A DNA stretch of 63,991 bases, counting the filler, from Platydemus manokwari (Eukaryota), in the NCBI GenBank assembly GCA_037951405.1. It is 6 parts of 6 records of this genome, joined end to end, with 100 filler letters (N's around TTAATTAATTAA, not from the genome) between each part and the next. Parts side by side here need not be neighbours in the genome. Positions count along the whole stretch, not along the records: positions 22,920 to 32,011 come from JBBMOY011300651.1; positions 32,112 to 45,102 come from JBBMOY011888053.1; 4 more parts are not named here. One strand, given 5' to 3'. Numbering within the stretch: the stretch's first letter is position 1; every line of letters starts with the position of its first letter. Below the pieces are notes generated by a model. It was given only the letters and a program-made list of their open reading frames with translations. It was not told the origin of the DNA and ran no database searches. A program made the position numbers and the translations under genes. Shown here one piece after another: positions 23,694 to 37,989 of the stretch.

Positions 23694-26600
23694 TTTAATA
23701 TCCATCCCGTTTCATATAGAATCACTTCAATGTAAACATTGTTGTCTTTATTTCTATGGCTGTGAAAACTTGACCTTGTATTACTTGTATCAAATATTTC
23801 AATATCGATTACATTTTTTTTACTACTCGTCTGACAAATTTGTTGATTATCTATCTGAATTAGTGTGATTCCATATTATTGATAATAATGTTGTGATATT
23901 GATATTTTTATTCAATATTTTATCAATAATTTTCTTATAAATAATATTTATTATTATTATTATTATCGCGCTATGCGATGATTGGTCACTTTGTTTTTGA
24001 ACATCAAATAATATAAAATTATTTATTGATTATTCCATTATAATTATTGATTTCATTTTAATTATTTATTCGCTCATTTAATAAATATTATTTTAAACAT
24101 ACCGAACTGATCGATTATATACAATTTTGTAAATGATAAACAAAATCATCATTTATATCTGATTATTTTCAACAAAATTCAAAATTTCCAAACTTTTATT
24201 TTCAGATTTGAATTGAAAGTTGTAATAAATGATAGACATATAAATTACTTAACAACATGTCAATACTACTTATGAGCTTATTGATATTTTCGCTTAAATA
24301 AATTGTCATGTTGCATGAATTTATCATAAATCAACGCAAAATAATTGTTTTTGTTTTCATTCATCAAACCGTGATCATATTCTATTGATGGGCATTTTTC
24401 AAAATATCGATGGATTGATATATTTAGTTTTATAAATGGTTTTGAATTCCGTTATTTCATTAATTTGTCAGTTTTGCGCCAAATTGAAATGATAAAATTC
24501 TAAACATCATTTCATCGTTTATCCCAAAACTCAAATTAAAGAAAATTTTATTAACGAATTTATTATTATTTGCTTTCAAATAAAATTTATGAATTGTAAC
24601 ATTAAAATTGTTCTGAAACAATACAATTCTTTCAAAACACGAACAAACGGTTTGTATAGCTTTTGAAAATAACGAAATAATAGGAATTGTGATAGTAATA
24701 TGGTAAGAATTGAGGGTGCATTCCAATAAATAAAAAATTGAAGGAGTATCTTATAAAACACTACAAAATCAGTCTATCGATGGACTAACTGTAATTAATC
24801 ATTAAATGCACATAAGAGTTACATTCTCTGCGATGAATTTTTTAACAGTTAAGTTAAATTTTCTGTGATAAAATTAAAATCATGACTATTTTATTCGGTA
24901 TGATTATTTTGTCTACTGTGGATGTCAATATATTTATTGCACGATAATATATAACAGTTCGTTTATTATTATTTTGCGTACATTTTTATTTATGGTTTTT
25001 AAGTTGTTTTATTTTGATAAACATTATATACTTGTTTTACCATGTTATTTCAGATTTACTGTATATCAACCGCAGGGCTTTCAGAATTTTACATTAAAAT
25101 ATTCACAATTATTTCTTGAAAAATACTTGTATACATCGATGTACAGCTATAATCAGATCATTGTCTTTTCAAAGTATCAATAGTGCCAAACCCCAACATT
25201 TCTGTTACCACTGTTGAATTTTTAAGCCTTAAAAACTCTATCAAATCAATGAGTTCGATTTAGGCCAATCTGATATTAAATCAAATTAACCTTATCGATA
25301 AATCAGTCCATTTAACAAATAAGTCAGAAGATAAAGACTTTATCTAGAATAATCCACTAATGAAATCAACACACTTTGTACATCTATTTTAATATTTTAC
25401 ATAATTTGAAAAGGGAAATAAGTTTAATAAATTACCGGACAATCACACTTTATATTACAATGTAAACTCAGATGATTTTATGGTTGGGAGTGCAAATTCT
25501 ATTTGACGAATTTCCCGATATATATGATCATATTTTAAATTTATAGATTTTAGAATATAGTACCAAGCAATCAATTTTCGTTAGTTTCGCACTTTAAATG
25601 TTTGTGCTCCTTTGTATAACATTGCCACAAATTCCGTAACCGGTTTTTATGAACTCGTCGAAGTTTGCTACTCCTGTTTTGTGATAGTCGAATAATCAAA
25701 TTCAGTTTCTTCATAGAATTCTTGATTCCAAGTTTTTCTTGTCGAAATTATTATGAGCGAAAAATTCCAATTTTTCCACTTTATTTGGTACTATTTTAGA
25801 AGTGGGATTTCTACTTTATTGTCAACAAAATCATTAATTATTGCCAAAATATTATTATACTAGTGCATATGCATTCAAAATTACTATTGCATATATAGAA
25901 AGAAGCAGGAAAGGGATATAAAAAAAATATAAGGAGCAGATTAGAGACATGCGAAATCAAATCGGTTTGAAAAGTTTAATCAAAATTAAGTAGCTTAGTT
26001 AGAGATATCTACGATCATAATCCTCATCGATGTCCACACGTCTGTGGAGCTCCCACTACCTTGAGGAACTGATTGATTCTTCGAGGATTGTCGTCCCAAG
26101 CTTGATTCTTTCGATCTTCTAGCTCCGTATGCCCTTTTCAGGCTGGAACCATGGAATAGAATACCTTCCAAATTGTGCAGCCCGGTCATTTCTGTTTTGT
26201 CTTAAGCGCTAGTGCTTGGGGCGCTTTCCTAACAAGACTATTTCTGATTTCCATAATATTCTAATTGTTATAAATTCATATTTCTCGATTAAGCATGGAA
26301 AACTGAAAATAGTTACACCGAGTTCGCATTCATCGATACTGTGTAAAATGATATTTAGAAATCTATATTGATTAATAAATTGTTTTGAACATTAATATCT
26401 TTATTATCACATGGTTCACTACATGCTTTCTTACGTAGCTTCTAGCAGAGTATGGAGAACTATATTATGAACAATAATGTTTATCTATTAATCGGATTAT
26501 TAAGATTAAACCTAAATTCTGATAATCTCCGTATCCAGTTAGAATGTTTTCAATTGAAAAAAAATTGAGTGTCGAGCAAGAGTTATTAAAACTGAAAGCA

Positions 26601-29230
26601 ACACTGTATTTAAAATATCGAAATGATATAACAACTTAAGAATCAATATCATACAAGTAAGATTTTTAAAACTATATTGTGAATCGAACGATTGCTTAAA
26701 ATAGGTAACAAATGAATCTAACGGATTGTTCAATTGGCTACTGTGAAACAATAATACGGATTTTGTGAAATTAGAATAAAGTCAAGAATTTAATTTCGAC
26801 ACTATTATCAATAATGCACATTAGGTTTATCTGCAGTGCGTACAAATAAAAAGTGTGATAGTCGGACTTTACAATACCTGTTCACTAATAAAATTTAACT
26901 CTATCATGTATTATGCATCTTTATGTATTATATAAAACAGATCAGATAATAGTTGCAAATGACCAAATATATTTTAAATTATATATATATATATAGGAGT
27001 GATATTAGTTTCTATAATCAGGTTATTCGCTCAACTGTATTTTAATGAAAATACTTCATTAACGTGTTATTGGTTTTGAACTTGCTAAAATCCATATTCA
27101 AGATTGTAACACTTGTACACCTGAGGAATTTCGCTTTATCTCACATTTTAGTAAATGAACTAACTGGAATTTATCTTCAGTGTGCATTATCGACGATCGA
27201 ATATACGAAATTTCTCAATGCTTGGAATCAAATTTTTACTCAAATCTATATTAATAATTATTACATCTGGAAGTTGGACTATCTTTCAATATTTTTACTC
27301 TTTTTAACTTATTGTGGGATATCAGAATCAATAAAAGTTGATAAATAAATTCACAAAATAAAGCAACTAAATGTTTTATAAATGTGTTGCTGTTAAACAT
27401 TCAATGGAACAACAGCCTCAATATGTTCATCTGATATAACGTTATGTAAGGCATGCCTGTATTACTTTTAACGAGACATCAGAGACATCAGCCTAACTTT
27501 GTTATTTCTCGTAAAATTGATCGATTGTGTTTTCTTTTTATTCGAACCTCAATACATACATTCTATATGATCGTAAATTAATTGATTTATTCTATCAACA
27601 TCACAAATGCATTATGATAGCTAAATCGTACTTGGTGATGCATTAATTATGTTATTTAATCAAAATTAATTAATTAAAACAAATGTAAGACTGATTTGTT
27701 TCATGGAGAATAAAAGACAAATCTAGACCTGGTTTTAAAGAATCAATGCACAAAGAAACCACATTTATATTGATTAAGTTAATCCACAAATAAAGATATT
27801 CACACATGGTTCTAGTATTGCTGTTTAATCGCACGATTTGCACGATTAATTATTTCAACCTGCATGATATTGAATCGGTGTATATTCAACGTTTATGTCA
27901 GTCGCTGATATTTTATAAATCACACACTTAAAATGAACTGATCACTAGGTCTCATTTAAATTATAATTATCAAAGAAATTAAAATTTAAAACAACATAGT
28001 TTGATAATTTTTGAAAATTTCAATTCATTATAATTCCTTCCACCCCCCTTTCTCTAAAATCTTTGATTTTCTCTGAAATCTTATTTAACTCTGTATCACA
28101 TTTTCTAGATATCTTCACTTTTTCTGATCTTTATCTTTTATACAACTTCTTTACATTTTCTATATCTCCCTCCTTCTCTTCTATACTTTCATGGCATAAT
28201 TCTAGGTTTCCAAAATCGAATCCTAATGCCACATAAGTTGCTGCTTTTGAGAAATCTATTTACCTTTGAAGATGACTAAAAATAACTTGTAAAGATTCGC
28301 AATGTGTATAAAACAATATTAGGGCCAAAATTTATGCTAAGTTCTTCCCGTAATCAATAATATAATCAAGCAAAACCTTATTTCAAGTACTTAAAATAGA
28401 TAACTGAAATTGTCTGTCACAGAGAATTGTAATTTTAATTGGAATTCACGTACATTTAAATCTTTTGAAAGAGAATCTATTATTCTCTATTGTTTTAAAA
28501 TTATAGAACCTATCGAGACATTACTCCTCGATATTTTATATTTAATTCTTGCTATTTCTGTTAGTTTCTTTGCCATTCGTTAAGCAATAAATTGCTGTCA
28601 TTTATATCTACACTGACTCTTGAAATCTTAGTTTTGAAAATGATCTCCATTAAAATTATTCGTATTTTAATAAAACCATATTTTCTACACCACCACATCA
28701 ACACCAATTATTTGTTGTTCGTTGTTCTCTGCCTTGTTTTACCAGAGTTGAATTATTAAATTTAAAATTGTTTTATTTATCGACATTTTATATACCCGAT
28801 GTTTACATTTAATTTCATAAAATAAATAAACGTCAATTCGGTTTCCAGAAATATGACATTTTGTCACATCTGGAATACCAGATGTCTATTGAAACAGTAT
28901 GAATTCACCTGGGTCTTGATTTTAACCATATTTGGAAATAATATTATCTGGACTACGTGTTCCAAAAAAGATCTTTCCAGTTCATATAAAATGGATTTCA
29001 ATTTTAAAAAGTTGAGTTTGAAAAAAATCTGATTAAAAATAACGACCGTTGACACCTCGGAATACTTGTTAAAATCAATATTTACGCATCCCTACACATT
29101 TATAGAGATAAGTTGACTCAAAATTCAAAATCATGATAAAGTAAAAGTTTCATTTCCACTAAATCAATGATCACACAGTTATACGAGCATAGAGATTAAA
29201 GTACTCCAATCTCCATTCAATACTCTAGAA

Positions 29231-30203
29231 CAATGGTTTTCAACCTTTTTGCTGACGAGGAACCCCACGAAAATATTTCGCTGGCTCGAGGAACCACTGT
29301 GCAATAATTTAATTGTTTTATTGCCGAAAACAGCATTTATTTTTTAAAATGAAATAAAAGTATTTTTGATCAGAGTATTGTTCATGTTTGTTGATGAAAT
29401 GAAACATGAAACGTTTAAATAGACTAAATTTATTCTTATTAAAAACCAGTTGGAAATTTTAGCCTGGTGTTTCTTGCACAGCTCTTTAAGATTCGGTTGT
29501 GCTTTTGACACACACACACAAGAAATTCATATTTTACAGTCAGCAATTGTGCTTTTTCTTTTCAACCAGTAACCAAAATGCATTCAGATTAAGCTCAAAA
29601 TGCTTCAACTATAATGTCCTGTCATTTAGAGCACCAGTAATTTCTTCTTCTGTTAATGTGAACTGTTCTTTAGATGGCTCAAATTCTACACATGGGTTTT
29701 TAATCCAGTTATACTGGTCAACAGATATTGATAGGAAATAAAAAAAAACCAGTAGCCTAATTTCTTGACAATTCCTTTTAAAAACACTTGAAAACATTCC
29801 CAAATTTCCTGCAACTATGCATTTCTTCCATATTGTCAATTTCTTTTGAAAACCATTTATTTATCAGTAGAAAACAAGATATTTTCGTTCCTGTCTTACA
29901 TGCTATTATTCAAGAGGTTTGGTTCATGAAAGATATCGGAGAAATATGCTAACTTCGAACACCAATGGTCAAAACTCAAACATTTTATGAAGTCTTTCAG
30001 GTTTTCTTGAAAACAAAAAGTCTATAACTCGTAAAGTCAATAATTCGTAAAAACAAAACAATACTTTCCTTCTTGACAACCATCGTATTTAACATGTTAT
30101 TTATTTATTTATTGTTCTAATTTAGAAATTTAGAAATTGCGGAACTCCTGGAGTGTACTGATGGAAGCCCAAGATTCCGCGGAACACTGGTTGAAAACCA
30201 CTG
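29231..30203 (-). mobile_element. Internally deleted, non-autonomous hAT (Buster/Charlie-type) DNA transposon, 973 bp
   Basis: TIRs are CAATGGTTTTCAACC and GGTTGAAAACCACTG. A perfect 8-bp TSD CTCTAGAA sits at 29223-29230 and 30204-30211. The minus strand carries a transposase remnant (DHWCSKLAYFSDIF..., KLTIWKK, WIKNP). Confidence 0.92.
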
Positions 30204-31447
30204 CTCTAGAAGCATGCATATTAAATGATATTTAGACACACTTATGACAAACAGATTCATATAGAATTGATTAAGTCTTTTCACTATTGGAGAACTTATA
30301 GCTTTTGTGATATCTTTTCGGTTTGTGTCCATAAAGCCTTGCATTTATTTTCTACACTATTACGTAACAAATAATCTTGGCAAAACAAACCTACTCCATT
30401 TTTGAAAATAAACCCACGTCAAATCAGTGTCAGGAATATAAACAAAATACCTAACCAGAATGGCATCAAGATTTATTCATCAACTCAACTTATTAAGTCC
30501 AGTTATCCTTTGTCGAAAATCATCTCCTTTATCAATGACCACCAATATTTTAACTGTGAAAAGAATCGGCTTCAGTCTGTATTCACTTTGTCCTAACTAT
30601 TAACAACAAAAAAGTTATCTTTATATTTTTCAATTACTTTCTTTCTTGACACACACCCACACACAAATTAATATGATTAAAAATTTTTTCGGTTTGTTAA
30701 TCTACACATTTAATTCTTTTTTCTCAGTTCTGTACACCTTATGGTGGTATTCTTGTAGTTTCCGCTAACTATCTTTCAGAGATGTGCACATTTCATAGGT
30801 GGTTGATTGCTTAATTCAGAGAGCTGTTCCGGTTTAATGAACGCATGATCTCATAGCATACGATTTCGTTGACCCAATATTATATGATAAGATGATTATA
30901 TTTGCACACACAAAAACAATGAAAGAGATGTGGATACGGCAGATAAAAATCTAAAAAGACCAGAGTTGCCAACGGATAAGCGAAATTATGAAATTTTCAA
31001 TTCGAAGTCCGAATCCGATAGTGATAAAATATCAATACTGATAACACTTCATAAAGGCCATATTATCATACGAGTTATAATAATAAAAAAAGTAATTATA
31101 AATTAAAATATAAATGATAATTATTATTTCAATCCAAATTTTTCGGGAAGATTTATAATTAAATATTCTCCATAAAACTTATAAATGACGACATCAGATT
31201 ATTTATTGGTATAATTTTATGAGTGAATAAAATTTTCTACTTCCATCAATAAAATATTTTTGCAGAATATAAGGTCGATTTGATTCGAATGTATTTTCAA
31301 TATTTCTTGGCCGTGTGTTTAATATTTGAGTCGTTTTAGTTAAGATAGAATTAAAAATCAAATTACGATATCATTTGCATTGGTACACTCTCTAATCATA
31401 AACATAATCGTCAACAGCATCACCACAATTCATTATTATCTCTTCAG

Positions 31448-31633
31448 ATTTGCAGCATTACCAAATAAGATGGCAACTAATGCGATTAGATTTTGGAAAT
31501 TTAGATGGTCAAAATTGAAAATTATAAATAAATATTTAATTTGTTTTAATTATTTGCAGTGCCAAATGTTATTTTCAATCCATTTATACGTCAAACCTAT
31601 TCCATCCTCGAACCAATTACGTTTCGAAAATAG
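31448..31633 (+). CDS. Putative last two exons of an unidentified gene
   Basis: Exon 31448-31507 (acceptor cttcag, donor G|gtcaaa) and exon 31560-31633 (acceptor ttgcag) join in frame across a 52-nt intron: LQHYQIRWQLMRLDFGNLDVPNVIFNPFIRQTYSILEPITFRK*. No family recognised. Confidence 0.3.
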
Positions 31634-32011
31634 GCGTTCAATTGACGGAATTTATTTCGAATATCACAAGCTCTACTAACAACGAGTTGATGAAGGATAT
31701 TATTTTCGTTGATAAATATTTTTTTCAATTAATTATAAAATTTTATAATTAATATATTGATTATATTTGAAAATTTCCACAACAATAATTCAATGGATGT
31801 AAAAAATCGATTCTGATATTCTAACCATGTTGAAAGAAAACAATTCGAAATAATTTTATGATATCACTTTTATCAATTAATGATCATTTTTAATATTACT
31901 ATTGATTTATTATTATTGGTTTATTATTGATCTATTATCGATTTATTCTTATCGATTTACTATTAATATTATTGATTTATTATTATGTGTAAATCTATCA
32001 GTTTGAAGGTC

Positions 32012-32111
32012 NNNNNNNNNNNNNNNNNNNNNNNNNNNNNNNNNNNNNNNNNNNNTTAATTAATTAANNNNNNNNNNNNNNNNNNNNNNNNNNNNNNNNN
32101 NNNNNNNNNNN
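32012..32111. other. Artificial contig linker
   Basis: N44-TTAATTAATTAA-N44. Confidence 0.97.
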
Positions 32112-33027
32112 GTTATTGAATAATAATATAGGAGCACGCACCTACCGGATTGACATTGCGCTTCAACCGGTAGCATACAGAACTCACACATCTAAATAAT
32201 AAAAGAACCAAAACTCCAACATTATTATTTTAAGGTATTTCTGTACTCAACAGTAAATTGAATTATATTAAATAACAATATATTTCGTCTCATTTTGAGT
32301 TTCATTAATTGGCTTTATTTATTATTGATATCATAGAGTTTGGATCACATTATTTATTCTTATATATCTATTAATTATTAAAAATTGGAGATTGTAAATC
32401 ATCATTCCAAGTGTAGAGGACACTTCATCTTGCTAATGTATACTCTCTCATATATGTTCTCTCCTGTCAAGAATCTTTTTCATTACAATATTTTTTACAA
32501 ACAATGCGTTTATAATTAGATGCTGCAAAATTTCCTCTTGATATTTCTTGTGTTGGAATTTAGATTAATTAATATTTTGCTCATACACCGTAGTTGCTCA
32601 TCAATTTTTCGTATTATCATATTATTATCTTATACCCATATTCCATTAATTGTGATTATTAGAATATTGATTTAAATATTTTTTTAAATAAATTACTTAA
32701 TCAGATAAAAGTGTTTGTCATGACATATAAAAGTCAACACCTTTGCACGATATCTAAACTGATGGTTCAAAAAATGTGAAAAAATTAAAATCAAATCAAA
32801 TAAATGGACGATAAATTCACAATGCCATTTTACAATATTTATTATCCCCAATGAGATATTTTTAATTTAGGATATATTTAGAATAATATTGGGTCTATGC
32901 TTCAGATTACCGAGTGACTTAGAATTTTAATTAATTTAATTAATTCTGTATATATTTTGTTTAAATATATGCATGATGTTTATTGTATTTTTACCCTATT
33001 TTAAAGTTGTATTGCCTATTTCTTAAA

Positions 33028-35242
33028 ATGCAAGGTATTCCGAGATTTACTGTTTCAAATAAATTGAAAAAAGAAGGTCTTAAACCTTATAGAGATAAAT
33101 AATGAAATAAAATATAATATTTTAGACGGGGAAGATAGTTTTAAATTTACCAGCAGGCCTCCTTTAGCGTCTTCAACAATCCGCTCCAATGGAAGTGCAA
33201 GAGTAAATTGTTTTGATTTATGTATATACTATAAAAGTTACATGCATACTCGATTAAACTCAGATAAAAATCATACACACTTAGATATAATCGTTAAGTA
33301 ATCTCAATTTTTTTAATGAATAATACGAAGGCACAACAACTACGAATGGTTATATATAAATGATTTTGTTTTAGAACGAAGATTTAAAATTAGGATTTGC
33401 AAATTTACCAGAACAAATGCAGAGAAAAGCTGTGAAGAAGGGATTTAATTTTACTCTAATGATAGTTGGAGAAAGTGGTTTGGGTAAAAGCACGTTTGTT
33501 AACAGCTTACTAAATCAAAGTATTTACACCGATTCTCGAGAAGTTTCAAGTCAAGATATGATTCAGTCAACCACTAAAATGGAAAAACATTTCATTGAAT
33601 TAGATGAAAGAGGTGTTAAATTAAGATTGACAATTGTGGATACACCTGGGTTTGCTGATGGGCTTGATTGTCGCGAGTGGTAATAATATATTAAGAGTTA
33701 AGCATGTATAGTTAATACCAAATATTATTTAAGCTGGAAACCCATTGTTGAATATATTGATGAAACTTTTTATCAATATTTCAAAGATGAATGTGCTATT
33801 AACAGAAAGAACATTCAAGACAATCGGGTTCATTGTTGTCTTTATTTTATTTCCCCAACTGGTCATGGGTAAAATATTATGATTTGTAACATTTTATTTG
33901 GTTTCGTTAGATTAAAACCGGTTGATATTGAATTAATGAAAACACTTCATCACAAGGTTAATATTGTTCCAATAATAGCCAAAGCTGACTCTCTCACTGA
34001 ATCAGAATTGAAAATTTTCAAAGAGAAAGTTATGAATGACTTAGAGAAACAACGTATTAATTTCTATCAACCACCGATTTGTGGCAGTGATGAAGAAGAT
34101 GAGTTTAAAGCACAAGATGCTGAAATTAGGGTGATTTTCATTGAAATTTTCGAGACGTTTCTTAAAAATCGATTGTGCTTCTTATAGGCAGCATTACCAT
34201 TTTCAGTTGTGGGTAGTAATGTTATGGTTGAAAATGAAAATGGTCGCAAAATTCGGGGACGACAATATTCGTGGGGAGTTGCAGAAGTTGAAAACTCGAA
34301 ACATTGTAATTTCAACATTTTGAGAACTTTTATTCTCAGGTGAGATTATTGATTTTGATTTTCTGGTAAAATAATATTCAATCCTTGAAATTATTAATTT
34401 TTTTTGTCTGTGCCGTTATGATTCGACATCGTACAGTCATTTTATTGCTGTATTGATTAAGTTTGTATTTGTATGAATGCCGAATTGGTCACGATTTCGA
34501 TGATGTTTACATCTTGTTGTGATTGATATTTGCAGAAATCTGTTATTAATTGTTCATCCGCTGCTCATCTTGAATTAGTAAATGTTGACTCATAACGCTT
34601 TGATAATTGTCGGATAATTCATTGTATCTCTCATACACACATACACGAATGAACACACACACACAAACCGTCATTGGTACCAGTGTGACACTGCTTGCTT
34701 GTAATACTCATATTGATATTGGATTTGCTGCTAGGACACACATGCAAGATCTGAAAGATGTGACGAATGATCTACTTTATGAAAATTATCGTGGGCAAAT
34801 AATCCAGGTGAGAATGACACGAAGGAACAACGATCGGTATGCAACAATAAACAGGTGACAATATTGATCGTCGCGATTTTTGTTATTGAATATCCTCTCT
34901 AGCAAGACAGAATCCACAGCTTCCTCCATCGATGATATCGTCGACACCAGCAATCTGTTGCAAGAGAAAGATGAGGAGGTTGGTCCGCATGATTAATGCC
35001 GCCTGTGCCATTATTTGATTGGTTAATAATTTTCATTTCAGATCCAACGCATTCAGGCGGTCTTGTCTAAGATGCAAACCCAAATCAGCAACGGTACTCT
35101 TGACAGCTCATCAAATATGTCCAACATGAATAATAAATCAATCTCAATCCCCGGTTCCATGTTATCTACTCAAACGTTACCTGCCAGCAATTCTCCAGCA
35201 GCATCTATTAAATCATCAAGCACTATTGCCAGTGCCAAATAA
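33028..35242 (+). CDS. Septin, SEPT2 group (SEPT1/2/4/5-like), complete 9-exon CDS, 424 aa
   Basis: Exons are 33028-33034, 33126-33202, 33375-33679, 33734-33868, 33911-34130, 34188-34339, 34735-34836, 34903-34978 and 35042-35242. All introns are GT-AG with matching phases, total 1275 nt. Motifs: GFANLPEQ, polybasic RKAVKKG, G1 GESGLGKS, G3 [25 protein letters not shown]4 AKAD, septin unique element [35 protein letters not shown], and the short coiled coil [17 protein letters not shown] typical of the SEPT2 group. The first two small exons are less certain than the rest. Confidence 0.93.
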
Positions 35243-35301
35243 TTGAAAGCCGGTGCGACCTCACCACAATTATTTTATATAAAAAATTTATGCATGTTTT
35301 T

Positions 35302-35307
35302 AATAAA
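35302..35307 (+). promoter_or_regulatory. Candidate polyadenylation signal of the septin gene
   Basis: AATAAA 60 nt after the stop, followed by T/GT-rich sequence. Confidence 0.45.
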
Positions 35308-37989
35308 CTATTGATTCTTGTATCAAATTATTGATTTTACATCTGTTGTATTTGATAATCGATGATTTTCCATGGTATGAGAATTTATCTGTCTTCTCTG
35401 TTACAGACTTTATTATTGATTGCATGTCTGCTTTTTTTATCGATTATTTGATGGGTAAGCTAATTTAATGACATCTTGCGATTTGTAACATGCCTTTGAG
35501 ATTAAATCAGTTATTGCTGTACGATATTCGCAATATTCAATATGATAGTTATGCTGTCTTTAACTGATTTTCTTATCGATCATTCTTGTGTGTGTCGTTG
35601 GTGCCACTGATTGCATTTGGTTATTTTATTTACTATGATTAATAATTCGGTTGTATGTGTTTTGGGTTGATGATTTGTCTGACAGCATGACTTCTATTTT
35701 CGATTTTTAACGCTTATATATAAATTCTTTGATTTGTTTTTTAAATCCGTTTCATCGTTATTTTGGTACTATTAGTTTACATCTTATACACGTGATGACA
35801 TTTTTTGGTCGTTTTATTCAATTTTTTTATTAGTCGAGATTTAACAACATTTTTTTGTGTTTGTCAAAGTTTTTAAATCAATACTTCATGTCTGCATTCA
35901 TTGCAATTTTAGTTTTCATTTCTTTTTAGTTATTATACCAATTTACACTAACAATATTCTAATGATTTTCAGTTGAATTAAATTATTGAAGATAACAATG
36001 AACTTTTCTATTTGAGCTAAATAGTTAATCCATCTATAATTGGCTTCTATATTTTATAATGATCGCATAGAGAATAGCAACAGGTGTATGCAGATCAATA
36101 CAAAATCTAAGCATCAAATATTACTTTGAAAATCATTTGTATTAACAAATCAAAAACAATCAATTTTAATGAATAATATAAGTTAGTTTTGTTCATCCAG
36201 AAAGCAAACTAAGCGTAGGAAAAGTTAAAGATTCTTCATTTAATTTCGAATTTCATATATATTTTGATTTTTCTAAAAATGGGTATTTTGACTATCGGAG
36301 TAAAAATAAGGTTTATATGATTATTTATTAATGGTAAATAATTGTTAGATGATTATTTTCTTGGCCGATTTTAATCTTATTAATGTAAAAATTCGAAATA
36401 TTTAAAAATATTTCTAAAAATTAATTAGACGAATTTTCAATTTCTGTTGCTTGAGTTTCTAAAATAATTAAAAAGCTTACTCATTGATAAAATTATAAAA
36501 TGAAATAATCACTATTGTTTGTTGACCTTTGTTGACCTTTAAAATTATTTTAAAAAATACTTTTGACTTTTTTTACTGAAGTCATTTCGGTACACTTTTT
36601 AAACCAAATTTATTAATATTAATCAACTGAAAGAGAATTTCAAGGCAATTTAAAAACCTAAAGGTATCTGAAATACAACTTATTCCATCGGAGACGGGAA
36701 TGAAGGTTTTTAAGACCTCGAATTTTGTCCCAGAATGGATCTGGCTTATAACTAATTCATTTCATATATGCTCCTATTAATCAAGGGTCTCAATGAAATT
36801 ATCGATTAATATCAAGATTGTGAATCTAACGTGTGAAATTAGCTTGATTTGACAGCTAATTTGCAAATCGATCATGAATAACAACAGTTGACGTTGAGTT
36901 TGTGTTGACGTTGAATTTGATGTTATGCTGTTTTTCGACCTTTAATAATGGCAATTTTATTTTCATCAATTCTTTAAGATCTTATTGATTTATTTTTCTC
37001 TGATATTTGAATGTATTCAATTTTTATCAATATAGTTGCACAGAATTTTTTTCATTGAAAAATTTCTTTTTCTTGGTTAAACAATAATAAATGATGATGA
37101 TGCTGGTGCTTACATAATCGAATAACAAATAAAACAATATATTCTTGAAATAAAATAAAATATAACAATAACCAATGGATGATTTGTGAAACTAATTATC
37201 ATAAAAATAACACAAAAAGAAAATTGGTTTGAAAAATTAGGAAATTGATTTTGGAAATATTTCTTTATCTTATAATTGAGGTTTTGACTATTAAGATAGT
37301 TAATCATTGAGAGATTGAATTATTATTTATTTAGGAATAGATGTACGATTATATTAAAAGATTTAAGTGTTCTGCTGCGCCATTAAGACATTTCTGGATC
37401 AAATGATATTGGGTGCACTATTTGAGTTTTAATCTTCTAAACTTGTCATTAGCAACACATTTTTTAGAATCAAAATCATGTAAGGATAAAAGGTTAAATT
37501 AAATATTAATTAATATGGTTAACGAAGTAGTGCAAATATGGATAATAATAGTGCAGATAATTATAACAATTACAATCTATATCCGGTAATTAAAATAAAT
37601 AAATAGAAGGTTCATGTTGTAGTAAGTATGAACAATGGGATGCACATAGAAGTGATGTGCATAATGAAAGTAAGTATTTAAAGAGCGAGTTAACTCTTTT
37701 CACCCATCCAACAAGAAACTTCAAAAAATAAGATATTATTTTTTGGTATAGTAGTTAGCCCTGCAACAAATGTGGTTATACTGGATTAAAAGTATATTCG
37801 AGGTATTTTTGGTATTAGCAGTGCGCTAATCCGCATAGTAGTTTATTATTGTATAATATTAGCCAAGAGTAGATTCTGAGCTAAGGTATTCAGAAGGAGA
37901 GTCCGGACATAGTCCTAGTTTTATTAATATAACTTTTTATGGATTTGTGTTCTCTAAACGTTATTTGTCGATGTAAAATGTAATATAAA

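Noticed and set aside
37100-37960. Possible mitochondrial insertion (NUMT) suggested by hydrophobic, strand-skewed sequence
   Set aside because: No recognisable mitochondrial protein, rRNA or tRNA motif.
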